Of a DNA stretch of 64,000 nt, positions 26,668 through 36,519 are shown piece after piece (within the stretch, counting starts at the first letter, position 1; the number at the start of each line of letters is the position of its first letter). The stretch lies in the IMG/VR virus record IMGVR_UViG_3300049812_002428; one strand, written 5' to 3'. Position numbers and translations under genes: made by a program. The stretch is from an uncultured virus (IMG/VR IMGVR_UViG_3300049812_002428) (taxonomy: Duplodnaviria > Heunggongvirae > Uroviricota > Caudoviricetes). The notes beneath the pieces are model-generated. The model was not told the DNA's origin, did not search any database, and worked only from the letters and a program-made list of their open reading frames with translations.

Positions 26668-27903
26668 CTACTTTCTTTTCTTATTCTTATTTATGAAATT
26701 CTTAATACTAGATGTTCCTGTTGCTGCCATTGCATTTTTAAGATATCCAGTCGTACCATCAAGAGTATTAGGTTTACCAGGAACTCTCATACGTCTATCC
26801 ATTGTTTTTTCAGTATACTCCATAACATCACGTATCCAAGACTTAAACATATAGTCTTCTTTAGTTACACAGATTAAATGATTGGTCCCTCTACGGACAA
26901 TCTTCCCAATCAAACCAGTGTGAAGACTTTCAACAATATCACCGATCTTATAGATGACTCCATTTATGTACTGCTCACGAAGTCCTTTAGCATCAAATCT
27001 AGGAGCAATCTCCCACATCTCTGCAACTTCTTTCTTCTTCGCTTTGATTTTCATACCAGAACGAACAGCATCAAAGAGTGCTTGAGTATCACCATCATCT
27101 AATTCTTTAGGAGTGCCGCGACGGAAAGCATCAAAGTCATCATCAACCACAGCCTTTCTCATTTTGGATGCTGACATACCCTCAACACCTTCAGCATCCG
27201 CATCTCTTACACCAGCAGAAATGACACGAATCAGATCAAAATTATAAAGATCTCCATTATACTTCTGTGCCAAATTCTCAAACTCAGATTGACGATCTGA
27301 TCCTACAACGATATTAACATTCTTATATCCTTGTTCGTCTGCTGTTGTAAGAACATTAAAGATAGATCTCATTTGATCATCATTAACAATATTCTCCTCA
27401 TAGTCGGGGAACATCTTCTTCATAAATCCAATCTTCATGTCAGGATCAAGTGGATTCTTCTTAGGATCCTGAGAACGTGAAGGATAAATCTTCAAGTCTT
27501 CCCCTGCTGCTGCTTTCTTTGCGGCAGCAAGAAGTTTGCCATGTCCTACAGTAGGGGGATTGAAACGACCAAATGTAACGGTCAGAGTTTCTGTAGTCTC
27601 TCTAGAACCTTCTCCACCCTCACCTGCTTCTGCTTTCTTTGCGCCAGTCGCCTCAGGTGCAGTTTTCTTAGGTTCTGCCTTAGGTTCTGGTCTTGCTGAT
27701 GCTTTTGGTTGTGTAGGTTTGTCATCCTCTACTTTCTTTTTCTTCTTATCAATAAACTTTAACTTACCATCTTCAGTAGTCGCAACAAATTTTCCACGGG
27801 AGTCTAACCAACCACCGTGTCCATCACTCTTTAGGTTCAGTTTTTTCGCCTGCATACTTGCTTGCGACTGCGCCTCTGTCAGAAACTGAAAGAAACTTTT
27901 CAT
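26668..27903 (-). CDS. Cytidylyltransferase-like (HxGH) nucleotidyltransferase
   Basis: TFGRFNPPTVGH, VVGSDR, MSASKMR. Confidence 0.85.
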   Translation of the reverse strand: MKSFFQFLTEAQSQASMQAKKLNLKSDGHGGWLDSRGKFVATTEDGKLKFIDKKKKKVEDDKPTQPKASARPEPKAEPKKTAPEATGAKKAEAGEGGEGSRETTETLTVTFGRFNPPTVGHGKLLAAAKKAAAGEDLKIYPSRSQDPKKNPLDPDMKIGFMKKMFPDYEENIVNDDQMRSIFNVLTTADEQGYKNVNIVVGSDRQSEFENLAQKYNGDLYNFDLIRVISAGVRDADAEGVEGMSASKMRKAVVDDDFDAFRRGTPKELDDGDTQALFDAVRSGMKIKAKKKEVAEMWEIAPRFDAKGLREQYINGVIYKIGDIVESLHTGLIGKIVRRGTNHLICVTKEDYMFKSWIRDVMEYTEKTMDRRMRVPGKPNTLDGTTGYLKNAMAATGTSSIKNFINKNKKRK

Positions 27904-27929
27904 TGATATTGATAGTCCTTATACATTAT

Positions 27930-29102
27930 TTAGTAAATTTTCAAAAATGGTCCATTAGAATTACCAAATTCTTTTTTTGCACCATAGTAAAGCGCAGTAC
28001 ACCATTCTTTTGATTTACCTTTCTTTGCTATTGTCACCCAAATATTTGCCCACTCCATAGCAACTAACTTAGAAGAAAATCTTCCAGCAGAACTTCTATC
28101 TGCTTTCTTCGTTTCATACATGATTGCATAATCTAGAACTGATTCAAAACCCTCAGCAACTCTCCTATTATTTTCATATACAGCAACCTCACCAAAGTCA
28201 ACCATATCAGAAGAATCTAACTTCTTATACAAATCAATCCAGTATCGTTTAGCAGAATCAGTCCACTCACCAACAGGGGGGATGTTTTTATCCTTTGCTG
28301 CTGAAGTTGGACGATTTAATCCCATACCCTCAAGAAAAGAATCTAATGCAATACTGGAAACTTTACCAAGTTTAGCCCCAGCATCCTTTCCCTTTGGTGT
28401 AAGATCTGTTTGAACTAGATTCCTTTCCTTGGAATACTGAAAGTTTCTAGACTGCCCATGAATTTTGCCACCCATAGCAGTTTCCATATCAAAACCAAGT
28501 TCACCAGTATCAAATAAAAATGGTTTCTTCTTTCCTAATGTCAATGTGCATTTCAAAGATCCCTTAACCATATCAACTTCAGTCGGTATACTCTTTCCTC
28601 CGGCATTAGCAACTTCTGAAGAAGCGTTCTTTTTATTTTTTGCAATTGCTTTTAAGGAAACTCCAATAAGCAATTTTTCATTCAGAGTCTCTCTCATGTA
28701 AGCATTAAGCAATCCTAGTTTTGCTTCTTTAGACATTCCTTTTATATTAGTCAGTTCTTTTATAGTTCCCTCAATAACTTTTTTCTTACTCTTCTTGACT
28801 AATACAATATCCATGGGATTCCAACGATCCTTTACAGACACACCACACTCTATCTTTGCAATCTTCTCAATATAAGGCATTATTCCATTATCTCTGGAAT
28901 ATTCATACCCCTTGTTTACGCCTAAGTATTTCTTTAATGCTGCTGTTTGTTTACGGTAGGTGTCTCTCCATTCTGGTCCATACCCATCGTAGACAGACAG
29001 CATCATTTTATCTGTTGGTTCTTTTCCTTTTTCTATAACATGTTCAAAGAAAACTCTTGAACCATTTTCCTGTTTGGCAGTCTCTCTTGCGTCAGTTGCC
29101 AT
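27930..29102 (-). CDS. Putative PD-(D/E)XK-like endonuclease
   Basis: WNPMDIVLV and LIGVSLK motifs; CATAAATA upstream. Confidence 0.5.
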   Translation of the reverse strand: MATDARETAKQENGSRVFFEHVIEKGKEPTDKMMLSVYDGYGPEWRDTYRKQTAALKKYLGVNKGYEYSRDNGIMPYIEKIAKIECGVSVKDRWNPMDIVLVKKSKKKVIEGTIKELTNIKGMSKEAKLGLLNAYMRETLNEKLLIGVSLKAIAKNKKNASSEVANAGGKSIPTEVDMVKGSLKCTLTLGKKKPFLFDTGELGFDMETAMGGKIHGQSRNFQYSKERNLVQTDLTPKGKDAGAKLGKVSSIALDSFLEGMGLNRPTSAAKDKNIPPVGEWTDSAKRYWIDLYKKLDSSDMVDFGEVAVYENNRRVAEGFESVLDYAIMYETKKADRSSAGRFSSKLVAMEWANIWVTIAKKGKSKEWCTALYYGAKKEFGNSNGPFLKIY

Positions 29103-29121
29103 TACCCTTTTTAAATATTTA

Positions 29122-29194
29122 TGGAGTTATGGGGACTCGAACCCCAAACCTCCTGCGTGCAAAACAGGCGCTCTACCAATTGAGCTATAACCCC
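29122..29194 (-). tRNA. tRNA-Ala(TGC)
   Basis: GGGGTTA/TAACTCC acceptor with G3-U70, TT TGC AC loop, TTCGAGT. Confidence 0.93.
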
Positions 29195-29376
29195 TTGAGA
29201 TATTCCTTTTCGTTTTGATAGGGAACTGTCTCTCCCGTGTATAGTTTCCATCCCTCATGAATTTCAGGAACTAACCACTGATCAACCCGATAACAGTATT
29301 TCCAATTAACGGGTTGAATACAATTAATTACTACTACAGTCCAAAATGCTGTGATGTAGTTGAAAACAGTGAGCAT
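29185..29376 (-). CDS. Small hypothetical protein
   Basis: 63 aa, TAATG coupling to mazG. Confidence 0.7.
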   Translation of the reverse strand: MLTVFNYITAFWTVVVINCIQPVNWKYCYRVDQWLVPEIHEGWKLYTGETVPYQNEKEYLKGL

Positions 29377-29783
29377 TAAACGTCGCCTTCTTGGCGATTT
29401 TCAGAATAGTGGACATCGAAGTTACCACCAGGATAACGTTTCATAAGTTTGTCAACATTCATCTCAATCACCTCATCAAAGCTAGTATCGAGTGCCATAC
29501 ATGCCTGTGCTAGATACCAACAGATATCACCCAGTTCACGCTTCATATGAAAGATATTCTCTTCAGTGTATGGTTTGCCCTGGAAAAGAATTTTCTTTAC
29601 AACTTCAGTGAACTCACCAGACTCCGCAGTTAGACCAAGAGCAGCAGTGAGCAACTGAGAAGTATTAGTTCCAGTTACTTCAAGTTCAGCAAGACGAGAT
29701 GCCATTGCACCATAGTCAAGACTAGGTTCACTGGTAACTTCTTTTACAAACTCAACGTATTTTTCGGTATCAACTTTAGTCAT
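29376..29783 (-). CDS. mazG: MazG-like nucleotide pyrophosphohydrolase
   Basis: ESGEFTEVVKK, ELGDICWY, NVDKLMKRYP. Confidence 0.9.
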   Translation of the reverse strand: MTKVDTEKYVEFVKEVTSEPSLDYGAMASRLAELEVTGTNTSQLLTAALGLTAESGEFTEVVKKILFQGKPYTEENIFHMKRELGDICWYLAQACMALDTSFDEVIEMNVDKLMKRYPGGNFDVHYSENRQEGDV

Positions 29784-31159
29784 CAGAATTTAAATCCGTC
29801 GAACGACTTCTTAGGTTTTGGTTCTTCATAAGTATACTCTTCATCCTTCCCACTGTCAAGAATATCTTCTTGTGCAGATTGCTCACAATCATACAGACGC
29901 ATCTTGGCACGATCAATACCAACCACAAACCTCTTGGAAATAGTTGGATCATTATATCTATTCTTCAACTGCTTCACCATAATTTGCCCGAGTCCTTCAA
30001 GATCTTCAGTTGAAATAAGGGCAAACATAAGATCAGCAGTAGCAGGGAGACCAAAGGACTCAGAGGTATCAGTAAGTTCAACATCACTGCTACCATAACC
30101 AGAACGAGTGGTCTGCGTGGCAGAAACGATAGGGACGTTTGCTTCGCAAGCCAATCCTCTAAGTTCTTCAGCAATAGCCTTGACAACTGTATATGAATTG
30201 ACATTGCTGCCTGCGCGATACCTTTCGGAAGCACATATATTAAGGTAATCAATGAAAATAATATCAGGTCTAAATGACTTCTTAAGTGCAAGTTCATTAA
30301 GAAGTGATCTAAAGTGTCCCGCATGTGCAGATGCCGTAGGATACTCCTTAATAATTAGAGATCCTTGAGTTTTTTGTGCCAGTTTTGTCACCTTATCCTC
30401 AAACATTAACTTAGGAAGATCGGTTATCTCCTGGATTGGTACATTAAGAAGGTTTGCATCAATTCGTTCTGCAATCTTTTCTTCAGCCATTTCAAGCGTG
30501 ATGTATAGCACGTTTTTTCCGTTAAGGAGTGCCGAAGCAGCGACATGGCACATAAACAAACTCTTACCGACACCAGTGCCAGCGAGAGCAATATTAAGCG
30601 TCTTGTTAGGGAGACCACCTTTCGTAATCTTGTTGAAATACTCAAGGTCGAACGGGATGAGATCTTCCTTTTTGTGGTATGATTCGTATCTTTTTTCATA
30701 ATCAATCAGGTAATCGTGACCGATATTTGTATCAAAAGAAACTGCCAATGCATTTGACAGAATACTAGGAATAGCACCTCTATCTTTCTCTTTATCCTTC
30801 CCATCTGCAAGAGCAATGGATTCCATCAGTGCCAGATAAATGGCACGGTCTCGGCACCACTTCTCTGTAGTATCACACAACCAATCGTAATCAGTTGGAA
30901 CATCTTCAAGATAACTAATCAACTTAGTAATTTCTTGAAAAGAAGTATCATTAATATCTTGACGCTTCTCTACCTCAATACAAAGAACTTCTTTGGTTGC
31001 AGGTTGATTATATTCCGTGACAAATTTTTCAATTTCCTCAAAAGTAATCTTTTGATGAGGATCTTCAAAGTAATCTGCTTTGATAAAGGGAATAACTTTG
31101 CGAAGATACTCCTCATTATACAATAGATTTCTTAAAATCAGGATTTCAACTTTGTCCAT
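29783..31159 (-). CDS. gp41: Replicative DnaB-like helicase
   Basis: AGTGVGKS, ITLEMAEE, IDYLN, SATQTTR, KQLKNRY. Confidence 0.96.
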   Translation of the reverse strand: MDKVEILILRNLLYNEEYLRKVIPFIKADYFEDPHQKITFEEIEKFVTEYNQPATKEVLCIEVEKRQDINDTSFQEITKLISYLEDVPTDYDWLCDTTEKWCRDRAIYLALMESIALADGKDKEKDRGAIPSILSNALAVSFDTNIGHDYLIDYEKRYESYHKKEDLIPFDLEYFNKITKGGLPNKTLNIALAGTGVGKSLFMCHVAASALLNGKNVLYITLEMAEEKIAERIDANLLNVPIQEITDLPKLMFEDKVTKLAQKTQGSLIIKEYPTASAHAGHFRSLLNELALKKSFRPDIIFIDYLNICASERYRAGSNVNSYTVVKAIAEELRGLACEANVPIVSATQTTRSGYGSSDVELTDTSESFGLPATADLMFALISTEDLEGLGQIMVKQLKNRYNDPTISKRFVVGIDRAKMRLYDCEQSAQEDILDSGKDEEYTYEEPKPKKSFDGFKF

Positions 31160-31736
31160 GAGGAATGTCAAATACAAATGTTATACGTGTCTCATCACCG
31201 ATATTAACAGTGCCATGAGGTAATTTATTATTGAACCACAGAAGAGTGCCTGGTTCAACGATGACACTTTCCTCTCCACAAAAATACTGATACCGTCCAA
31301 CAATAGAGAGATGGTATCTATTTCTAGTGAGGTAATATGCACCTTCGTCGATATGTGCTCCTACAATCTCATCAATAGGAAGTGAAAGAAAACCGCATCT
31401 GTGAATTTCTGCATTCTTAAAGTGCTTGCGTATGATCTTTCGGATCTCACTATGATGTGTATAGGCAGGGGTTTTAATGTTGATCTCAGAGTCTCCCACA
31501 AAGTCGTCTTTGTGTTTGACACCACCTATTATAAGTTGTAATGCACTTACTGGCAAGTCTGCAAATCCTCTGTCAACAAGAGACTGAGACCCTTCCAGAC
31601 TCTTCTGGTGGTCCCAGTCTCCTGGATACTTCTTCAGTTGATCAACTACTTTCTTGACGTTGATCCCCGTCTTCAGAATCTTGATACTCTGGTAACAACC
31701 ACCATCCATCTTGGAAGTCATCGTTGATGTGCTCAT
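31146..31736 (-). CDS. Asp/Asn beta-hydroxylase-like 2OG-Fe(II) oxygenase
   Basis: HID (HxD), RYHL, WFNNKLPH...RITFVFD; start uncertain. Confidence 0.75.
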   Translation of the reverse strand: MSTSTMTSKMDGGCYQSIKILKTGINVKKVVDQLKKYPGDWDHQKSLEGSQSLVDRGFADLPVSALQLIIGGVKHKDDFVGDSEINIKTPAYTHHSEIRKIIRKHFKNAEIHRCGFLSLPIDEIVGAHIDEGAYYLTRNRYHLSIVGRYQYFCGEESVIVEPGTLLWFNNKLPHGTVNIGDETRITFVFDIPHGQS

Positions 31737-31741
31737 ACTCT

Positions 31742-32746
31742 TCAGGATCCATAACTAAATTCCTCTTTTGCGATTTCATCCAGTTTCTCCATCACTTCAG
31801 GAGTGAAGTAAGACTCTGGATCTTTGTAGATTGCTTTGGCATAGACTTTCTTGCCGTCTATCTCATAACGACCTGCCACGTTTTTCCAGAGACCGCCGAG
31901 TTCACCCAACTCCAATAAACCATAATATCTATCAAGACCACGCTCATCGTAATAAAGACGTATAGTAACATCCTTGTTCTCCTTACTTAAACGTGACTTG
32001 TGAGTCTTAGCCTTAATAAGGTTTCCAATGACTTCTGTTCCATCCTTTTCTTTCTTTTTGCTGAGATAGATGATTGTAGATGCAGCATACTTGAGTCCAC
32101 TGCCTCCACCCATTTCTTTTGTAGGAACATAAGCGCCAATGACATCGTAAGTGTGGTTGGTAACAATCATAGGAATATTTGCTTGTCCCAGTTTCAGAGT
32201 CAACATTCTGAATGCACCTTTGACCAATTGTGATTTGGTCATGTCACGAACTTGTTTGTCGTTCAGTGTATCAGTGATCTCTTTCTCTGTAGAAAGCATA
32301 CCAAGAGAGTCTAACACAAACATACAGGGTTTGCGTTCGTCTACAGGTTTTTTTAAGTAAATGTCTACTGCCTTTAGCGCCTTGCTGCGAAACTCCTCAA
32401 TCGTCACCACATTGACAACTACCAGACGATCAAGGTCGATGCCCCGACTTGCGATAAGAGACTTATTAACAGCGGCTTCAGTGTCAAAATATAGACAATA
32501 CCCATCAGGATTAGCATCAAGGAAGTTCTTGACGACTGCCAAACTGAAGAAAGTTTTGCCAGTGCTAGACTCACCAGCAATGGCAGTAATCTTATTCCCA
32601 GATACACCACCAAATATAGACCCTGAAACAAGTCCGTTAAAAATGTACGAACCTGTGTCAACATACTTTTCAGTTTCGTCGATGTCTCTTGCGACTTTTG
32701 TGAAGTCATCTCCTATTTCTTTTACAATCTCTTTTAAAAAATCCAT
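31742..32746 (-). CDS. uvsX: RecA-like recombinase
   Basis: AGESSTGKT, YFDTE, DSLG, GGGSGLKYAAS. Confidence 0.95.
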   Translation of the reverse strand: MDFLKEIVKEIGDDFTKVARDIDETEKYVDTGSYIFNGLVSGSIFGGVSGNKITAIAGESSTGKTFFSLAVVKNFLDANPDGYCLYFDTEAAVNKSLIASRGIDLDRLVVVNVVTIEEFRSKALKAVDIYLKKPVDERKPCMFVLDSLGMLSTEKEITDTLNDKQVRDMTKSQLVKGAFRMLTLKLGQANIPMIVTNHTYDVIGAYVPTKEMGGGSGLKYAASTIIYLSKKKEKDGTEVIGNLIKAKTHKSRLSKENKDVTIRLYYDERGLDRYYGLLELGELGGLWKNVAGRYEIDGKKVYAKAIYKDPESYFTPEVMEKLDEIAKEEFSYGS

Positions 32747-32916
32747 TAAATTACAAATCCAAATTCTTCACGGGCAATTTTCTTGTAAGGTCCACCTGGG
32801 TTAGCGTCACGAATTTCTTTGATCTTATTCATTTTTTGATAAAGTGCTGCATCACCACCCAGTCTCAACGCACTGACAATGATGGCAAGTTCTTTATCGT
32901 TGATAGGCAAATCCAT
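32746..32916 (-). CDS. Small hypothetical protein
   Basis: MDLPINDKEL..., TAATG-coupled on both sides. Confidence 0.7.
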   Translation of the reverse strand: MDLPINDKELAIIVSALRLGGDAALYQKMNKIKEIRDANPGGPYKKIAREEFGFVI

Positions 32917-35411
32917 TAGGAGAAAAATAGTTCTAAGTTTACAGTTTTTTCGACATTCCAATCAATAGCATCAAGGATCGCTTTTAGCGGTTCGACAAAG
33001 GACTTTTCAAATTGTAAGTCATAGTCGATGTACTTGTCAAGATTAAGTTCACTAGGAAAATCTTGAATAAAGGAGATGATGTTTTCATGAATAATGTTTG
33101 GTTTCTTTAGATAACAAAATTTAATCTTTTCACCATTTTGAATTAAAGAATACTTATTAGTAAGTTTATTCTCTTTAATGTAGTGATTATAGAGAAGTGC
33201 TCCACGGCAGTGAATAGGAGTTCCTTTGATGTAGATATCAGAATGAGACTTATACTTCTGAACATCAGAAACAGAACGAGGAAAAGAAATCTGCTCTGGT
33301 GGCAGTTTCTTGAACTCTACGCGAGACTTATCAATGAACTCAATAACATCCTCTTCTGTTCCAGTCATCATCAACTTCAAGGCATCCTTAATCATCTTCC
33401 TACATGGAGCAGGAGTAGATGACTTGACTGCCTCAATACCCATCATCTTCAGTTTGGGTTCTGTATATGCAACACCTTCACTGTTCCACACGTTAAGAAT
33501 ATATCGCTTCTTCGCAGTCCAGATGCCACGATCAGCAATATTCTCACGCTTCATTTGCATTTTCTGGTCATACGCCGATACATACGTTGCCAGGTCGTTA
33601 TAGCACTTATCGATGTACGTCTCCAATTTGTCACGACAAACCATATCAAGTAGTTCAACGACCTTTGCTTTATCACCAGACTTATTAGCAAAAAATTTAT
33701 CAACAAGAGGTCCGAGATTAAGATATATCGAATCAGTGTCTGATGCGATAACATAATCTTCTTCGGTTGTGGACAACAGTTTATTTAGATACTCATTCAT
33801 CTTCTGCTCAATCCAACGGATAGAGACTTGACCAGAAAGCGTAATCGCCTCCGCATTGGCCAGTTTATAGTACCTAAAATACTGATTACCGATAGCACCA
33901 TAAGCAGAGTTGAGTGAAATCTTTTTAGCCATCTGGATATTATTGCAGCGGGCGATTTCTTTTTCCAATTCTTTAGTTGGAGTCTTTTCATATTGCTGCT
34001 TTGCCTGAAGCATTCGCTTCTTGAAAATTACCCGCTCATTATACATCTTATCCATGAGCTCTGGTAGGAACCCACGAACATCTTTGCGATACATGGCACC
34101 GTTGGCACACACCGCATTATCTTTGTACAACTCAAAGTTTATTTCTTCATTAAGTATTTTATCCACTGTTGCTGTGGGATGTCTCTCATCCAAGAGTGTC
34201 TCTGGAGAAATATTGTACTGCATGATAAGATGAGGATACAGACTATTAAGGTCAAAACTGACAACCCAATCATACTTTCCTGGAATCGGTTCCTTAACAT
34301 AAGCACCAGCGTACTTTTCGTTTTTGTCAGACTTAATCTTTGGTGGAATAACAATATCTCGCTTCTTTAGATAATTGTAGATAATATTGTCCCACATACG
34401 AACTTGATAAAACACATCAGCATAGTTGACTTTAGCATCATACGCCATAGTCAATGCAAGTTCAATCAATTTCATCTTGTCTTCCAGTCGGTCAACAAGT
34501 TCTACGTCAACGATGTTATATTCAATAAACTTCTGCCAACCTTTAGAATAGAAATCCTTAAAAGTGTCAAATTCAGAATGATCAAGTTTCTTCTGACCAA
34601 GTTCTACCTCAGCTATGTAATCAAGACGATATGACTCTTGTGCCTTGTAAGTAAACTTTTTGTACAAGTCCAAGTAATCCAGTTGAGTCAATCCACCAAC
34701 ATCAAAAGTGACGTGCTTTCGACCTTGAATAAAGATCTCCCCTTCAGTCACAAGACCCCAGTTAGAGAAACGCTTCATTAACTTCTCACCAAGAACCCTA
34801 TTAAGACGCTTACAGATATACGGGATGTCGAACAGTTGAATGTTCCAACCAGTCACTACATCAGGAACATCCTGCATCCAATAGTTAATAAAGTGATTGA
34901 GTAGTTCGTGCTCTGAAGGGCAGTGATGATAAGTGACATTCTTCTGCTTATTGACAAAAGGTTTGATACCCCAAGTAATAATCTGCTTGGTGGTGTAGTC
35001 CTGAATAGTAATAGCAAGAATCTCTTCCTGAGCAGACTCTACGTTTGGGAATCCATACTCAGCAGTGGTCTCAATATCAAGAGTCACCAGTTTGATTTGA
35101 CTAATATCAAACTTAATCTCATCCTCAGGATACTTCTCTGAAATGTATTGATAAATGTATCGATCATTTCCATAGATCTCAAACCCATCAACCTCATCAT
35201 ATTTTTTGTAAAAGTCACGACAATCACGAACAGTACCAGGATTTACTTCCTCTACTGATTCTCCTGTTAATGTTCTAAACTTTGTAGGTTTCTTTGACTT
35301 AACAAATAACGTTGGAAAGAATTCGTCTCTATGTTCATATCTCCTTCCATTCTCAACTCCCCGAACGAGAAACTGATTACCGATCAACTGAACATTAGTG
35401 TAGAAACGCAT
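32916..35411 (-). CDS. gp43: Family B DNA polymerase
   Basis: DIET exonuclease, SFDLNSLYP, KISLNSAYG, SDTDS. Confidence 0.98.
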   Translation of the reverse strand: MRFYTNVQLIGNQFLVRGVENGRRYEHRDEFFPTLFVKSKKPTKFRTLTGESVEEVNPGTVRDCRDFYKKYDEVDGFEIYGNDRYIYQYISEKYPEDEIKFDISQIKLVTLDIETTAEYGFPNVESAQEEILAITIQDYTTKQIITWGIKPFVNKQKNVTYHHCPSEHELLNHFINYWMQDVPDVVTGWNIQLFDIPYICKRLNRVLGEKLMKRFSNWGLVTEGEIFIQGRKHVTFDVGGLTQLDYLDLYKKFTYKAQESYRLDYIAEVELGQKKLDHSEFDTFKDFYSKGWQKFIEYNIVDVELVDRLEDKMKLIELALTMAYDAKVNYADVFYQVRMWDNIIYNYLKKRDIVIPPKIKSDKNEKYAGAYVKEPIPGKYDWVVSFDLNSLYPHLIMQYNISPETLLDERHPTATVDKILNEEINFELYKDNAVCANGAMYRKDVRGFLPELMDKMYNERVIFKKRMLQAKQQYEKTPTKELEKEIARCNNIQMAKKISLNSAYGAIGNQYFRYYKLANAEAITLSGQVSIRWIEQKMNEYLNKLLSTTEEDYVIASDTDSIYLNLGPLVDKFFANKSGDKAKVVELLDMVCRDKLETYIDKCYNDLATYVSAYDQKMQMKRENIADRGIWTAKKRYILNVWNSEGVAYTEPKLKMMGIEAVKSSTPAPCRKMIKDALKLMMTGTEEDVIEFIDKSRVEFKKLPPEQISFPRSVSDVQKYKSHSDIYIKGTPIHCRGALLYNHYIKENKLTNKYSLIQNGEKIKFCYLKKPNIIHENIISFIQDFPSELNLDKYIDYDLQFEKSFVEPLKAILDAIDWNVEKTVNLELFFS

Positions 35412-35668
35412 TACTTAGTGAGTTCTTCGTACTTTTCGACTAGGGTGGGCATAGGTTCTGTAAGAGTGATAATCTTATCAGAACTAATCATAAATTCATC
35501 TTGACGCGATACCGAAACCAACCAGGGTTCCAGTGTACCATCATCTTTCAATAAAAAAGGATTAGTCATCTTACAGTCGGGTTCTCCGATATCTGCTCCT
35601 ACTTCGTCAATCTGAGTTATCAGAATCTGATTGTTTGTCAGTAGTAGTGCTTTGATTATCTTTTCCAT
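35411..35668 (-). CDS. Hypothetical protein
   Basis: MEKIIKALLL...IGEPDCKMTNPF. Confidence 0.75.
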   Translation of the reverse strand: MEKIIKALLLTNNQILITQIDEVGADIGEPDCKMTNPFLLKDDGTLEPWLVSVSRQDEFMISSDKIITLTEPMPTLVEKYEELTK

Positions 35669-35987
35669 AGTTAACGATGTCCTCAATGTACATTTCTTTT
35701 AGTTTAAACGCTGGATTTACCATTGTCACAACCCAGTCACAAGGGACAGGGATGTCTTCTTCTGCCGACAGAGGAATCCAGGGAAACAGAGATACTTCGT
35801 ATCCTGCTTTCTTGGTGTTACCTTTCTGCAATTCAGGAATTACATTAGGGTCTCGCATCTTGATAACACATGGGCGATTCAATGAATATCCAATTACCCT
35901 GCGATCATCACCTTCTCCGAATGTCATCTCCTTGACATCCGCAATCATGTCCTCACCAGACTTCAGTAGTAAAAGTTTAATTGCCAT
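35607..35987 (-). CDS. Hypothetical protein (Sm-like fold possible)
   Basis: LLLKSGEDMIA, PWIPLS, DWVVT. Confidence 0.75.
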   Translation of the reverse strand: MAIKLLLLKSGEDMIADVKEMTFGEGDDRRVIGYSLNRPCVIKMRDPNVIPELQKGNTKKAGYEVSLFPWIPLSAEEDIPVPCDWVVTMVNPAFKLKEMYIEDIVNYGKDNQSTTTDKQSDSDNSD

Positions 35988-36008
35988 TAGTCAGTTTTTC
36001 CTCTAGTA

Positions 36009-36037
36009 ATTATAGCAATAAAAAAAAGAGGAGTCAA
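36009..36037 (-). promoter_or_regulatory. Sigma70-type promoter for the gp43 operon
   Basis: TTGACT-N17-TATAAT. Confidence 0.75.
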
Positions 36038-36061
36038 CCTGGATTTTGCCAGGTGCTCCTC
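36020..36061 (-). terminator. Intrinsic terminator after hsp20
   Basis: GAGGAG-c-ACCTGG-caaaat-CCAGGT-tga-CTCCTC-T8. Confidence 0.8.
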
Positions 36062-36084
36062 GCGGCGACGATATTCAATTCTAT

Positions 36085-36519
36085 TTAGAACCAATCTTTC
36101 CTTTGATGATGGTCCGGGACAATCCTACCGAGGACAATTGTCAGGAGCCCATCCTCAAATTCAACTGATCTAACTTCCGTATCCTCTGCCAGAGTCCAAG
36201 TTCTGGTGAAAGATCGTTGAGCCACTCCTCTATGGATGTATTCTTTTCCGGATTCTCCATCTTCTCGTTGCCCTTCGACAAAGAGTTTTCCGTCTTGTGT
36301 GTAGACATTTACTTGCTTCTTCTTAAACCCTGCAAGTGCTAACTCAAGTCTAGATTCTACGTTACTGACCTGAATTAAATTATACGGTGGATAATTCGTC
36401 GTTGTCTCATGTAATGTAAACAGACGATCAAAGTATTCATCCATACCGATACTGTTCTTATTTATACGATCAAGCAACTGATCTAAATTAGCAGCATTGT
36501 ACTTCATAAGGTTTCCCAT
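36085..36519 (-). CDS. hsp20: Small heat shock protein
   Basis: NYPPYN, LALAGF, YIHRGVAQRSF, FEDGLL; AAGGAG SD before ATG at 36519. Confidence 0.95.
   Translation of the reverse strand: MGNLMKYNAANLDQLLDRINKNSIGMDEYFDRLFTLHETTTNYPPYNLIQVSNVESRLELALAGFKKKQVNVYTQDGKLFVEGQREDGESGKEYIHRGVAQRSFTRTWTLAEDTEVRSVEFEDGLLTIVLGRIVPDHHQRKDWF

Noticed and set aside
17322..35411. Introns or inteins in nrdA, nrdB, gp41 or gp43
   Set aside because: All are single ORFs of ordinary length with contiguous motifs
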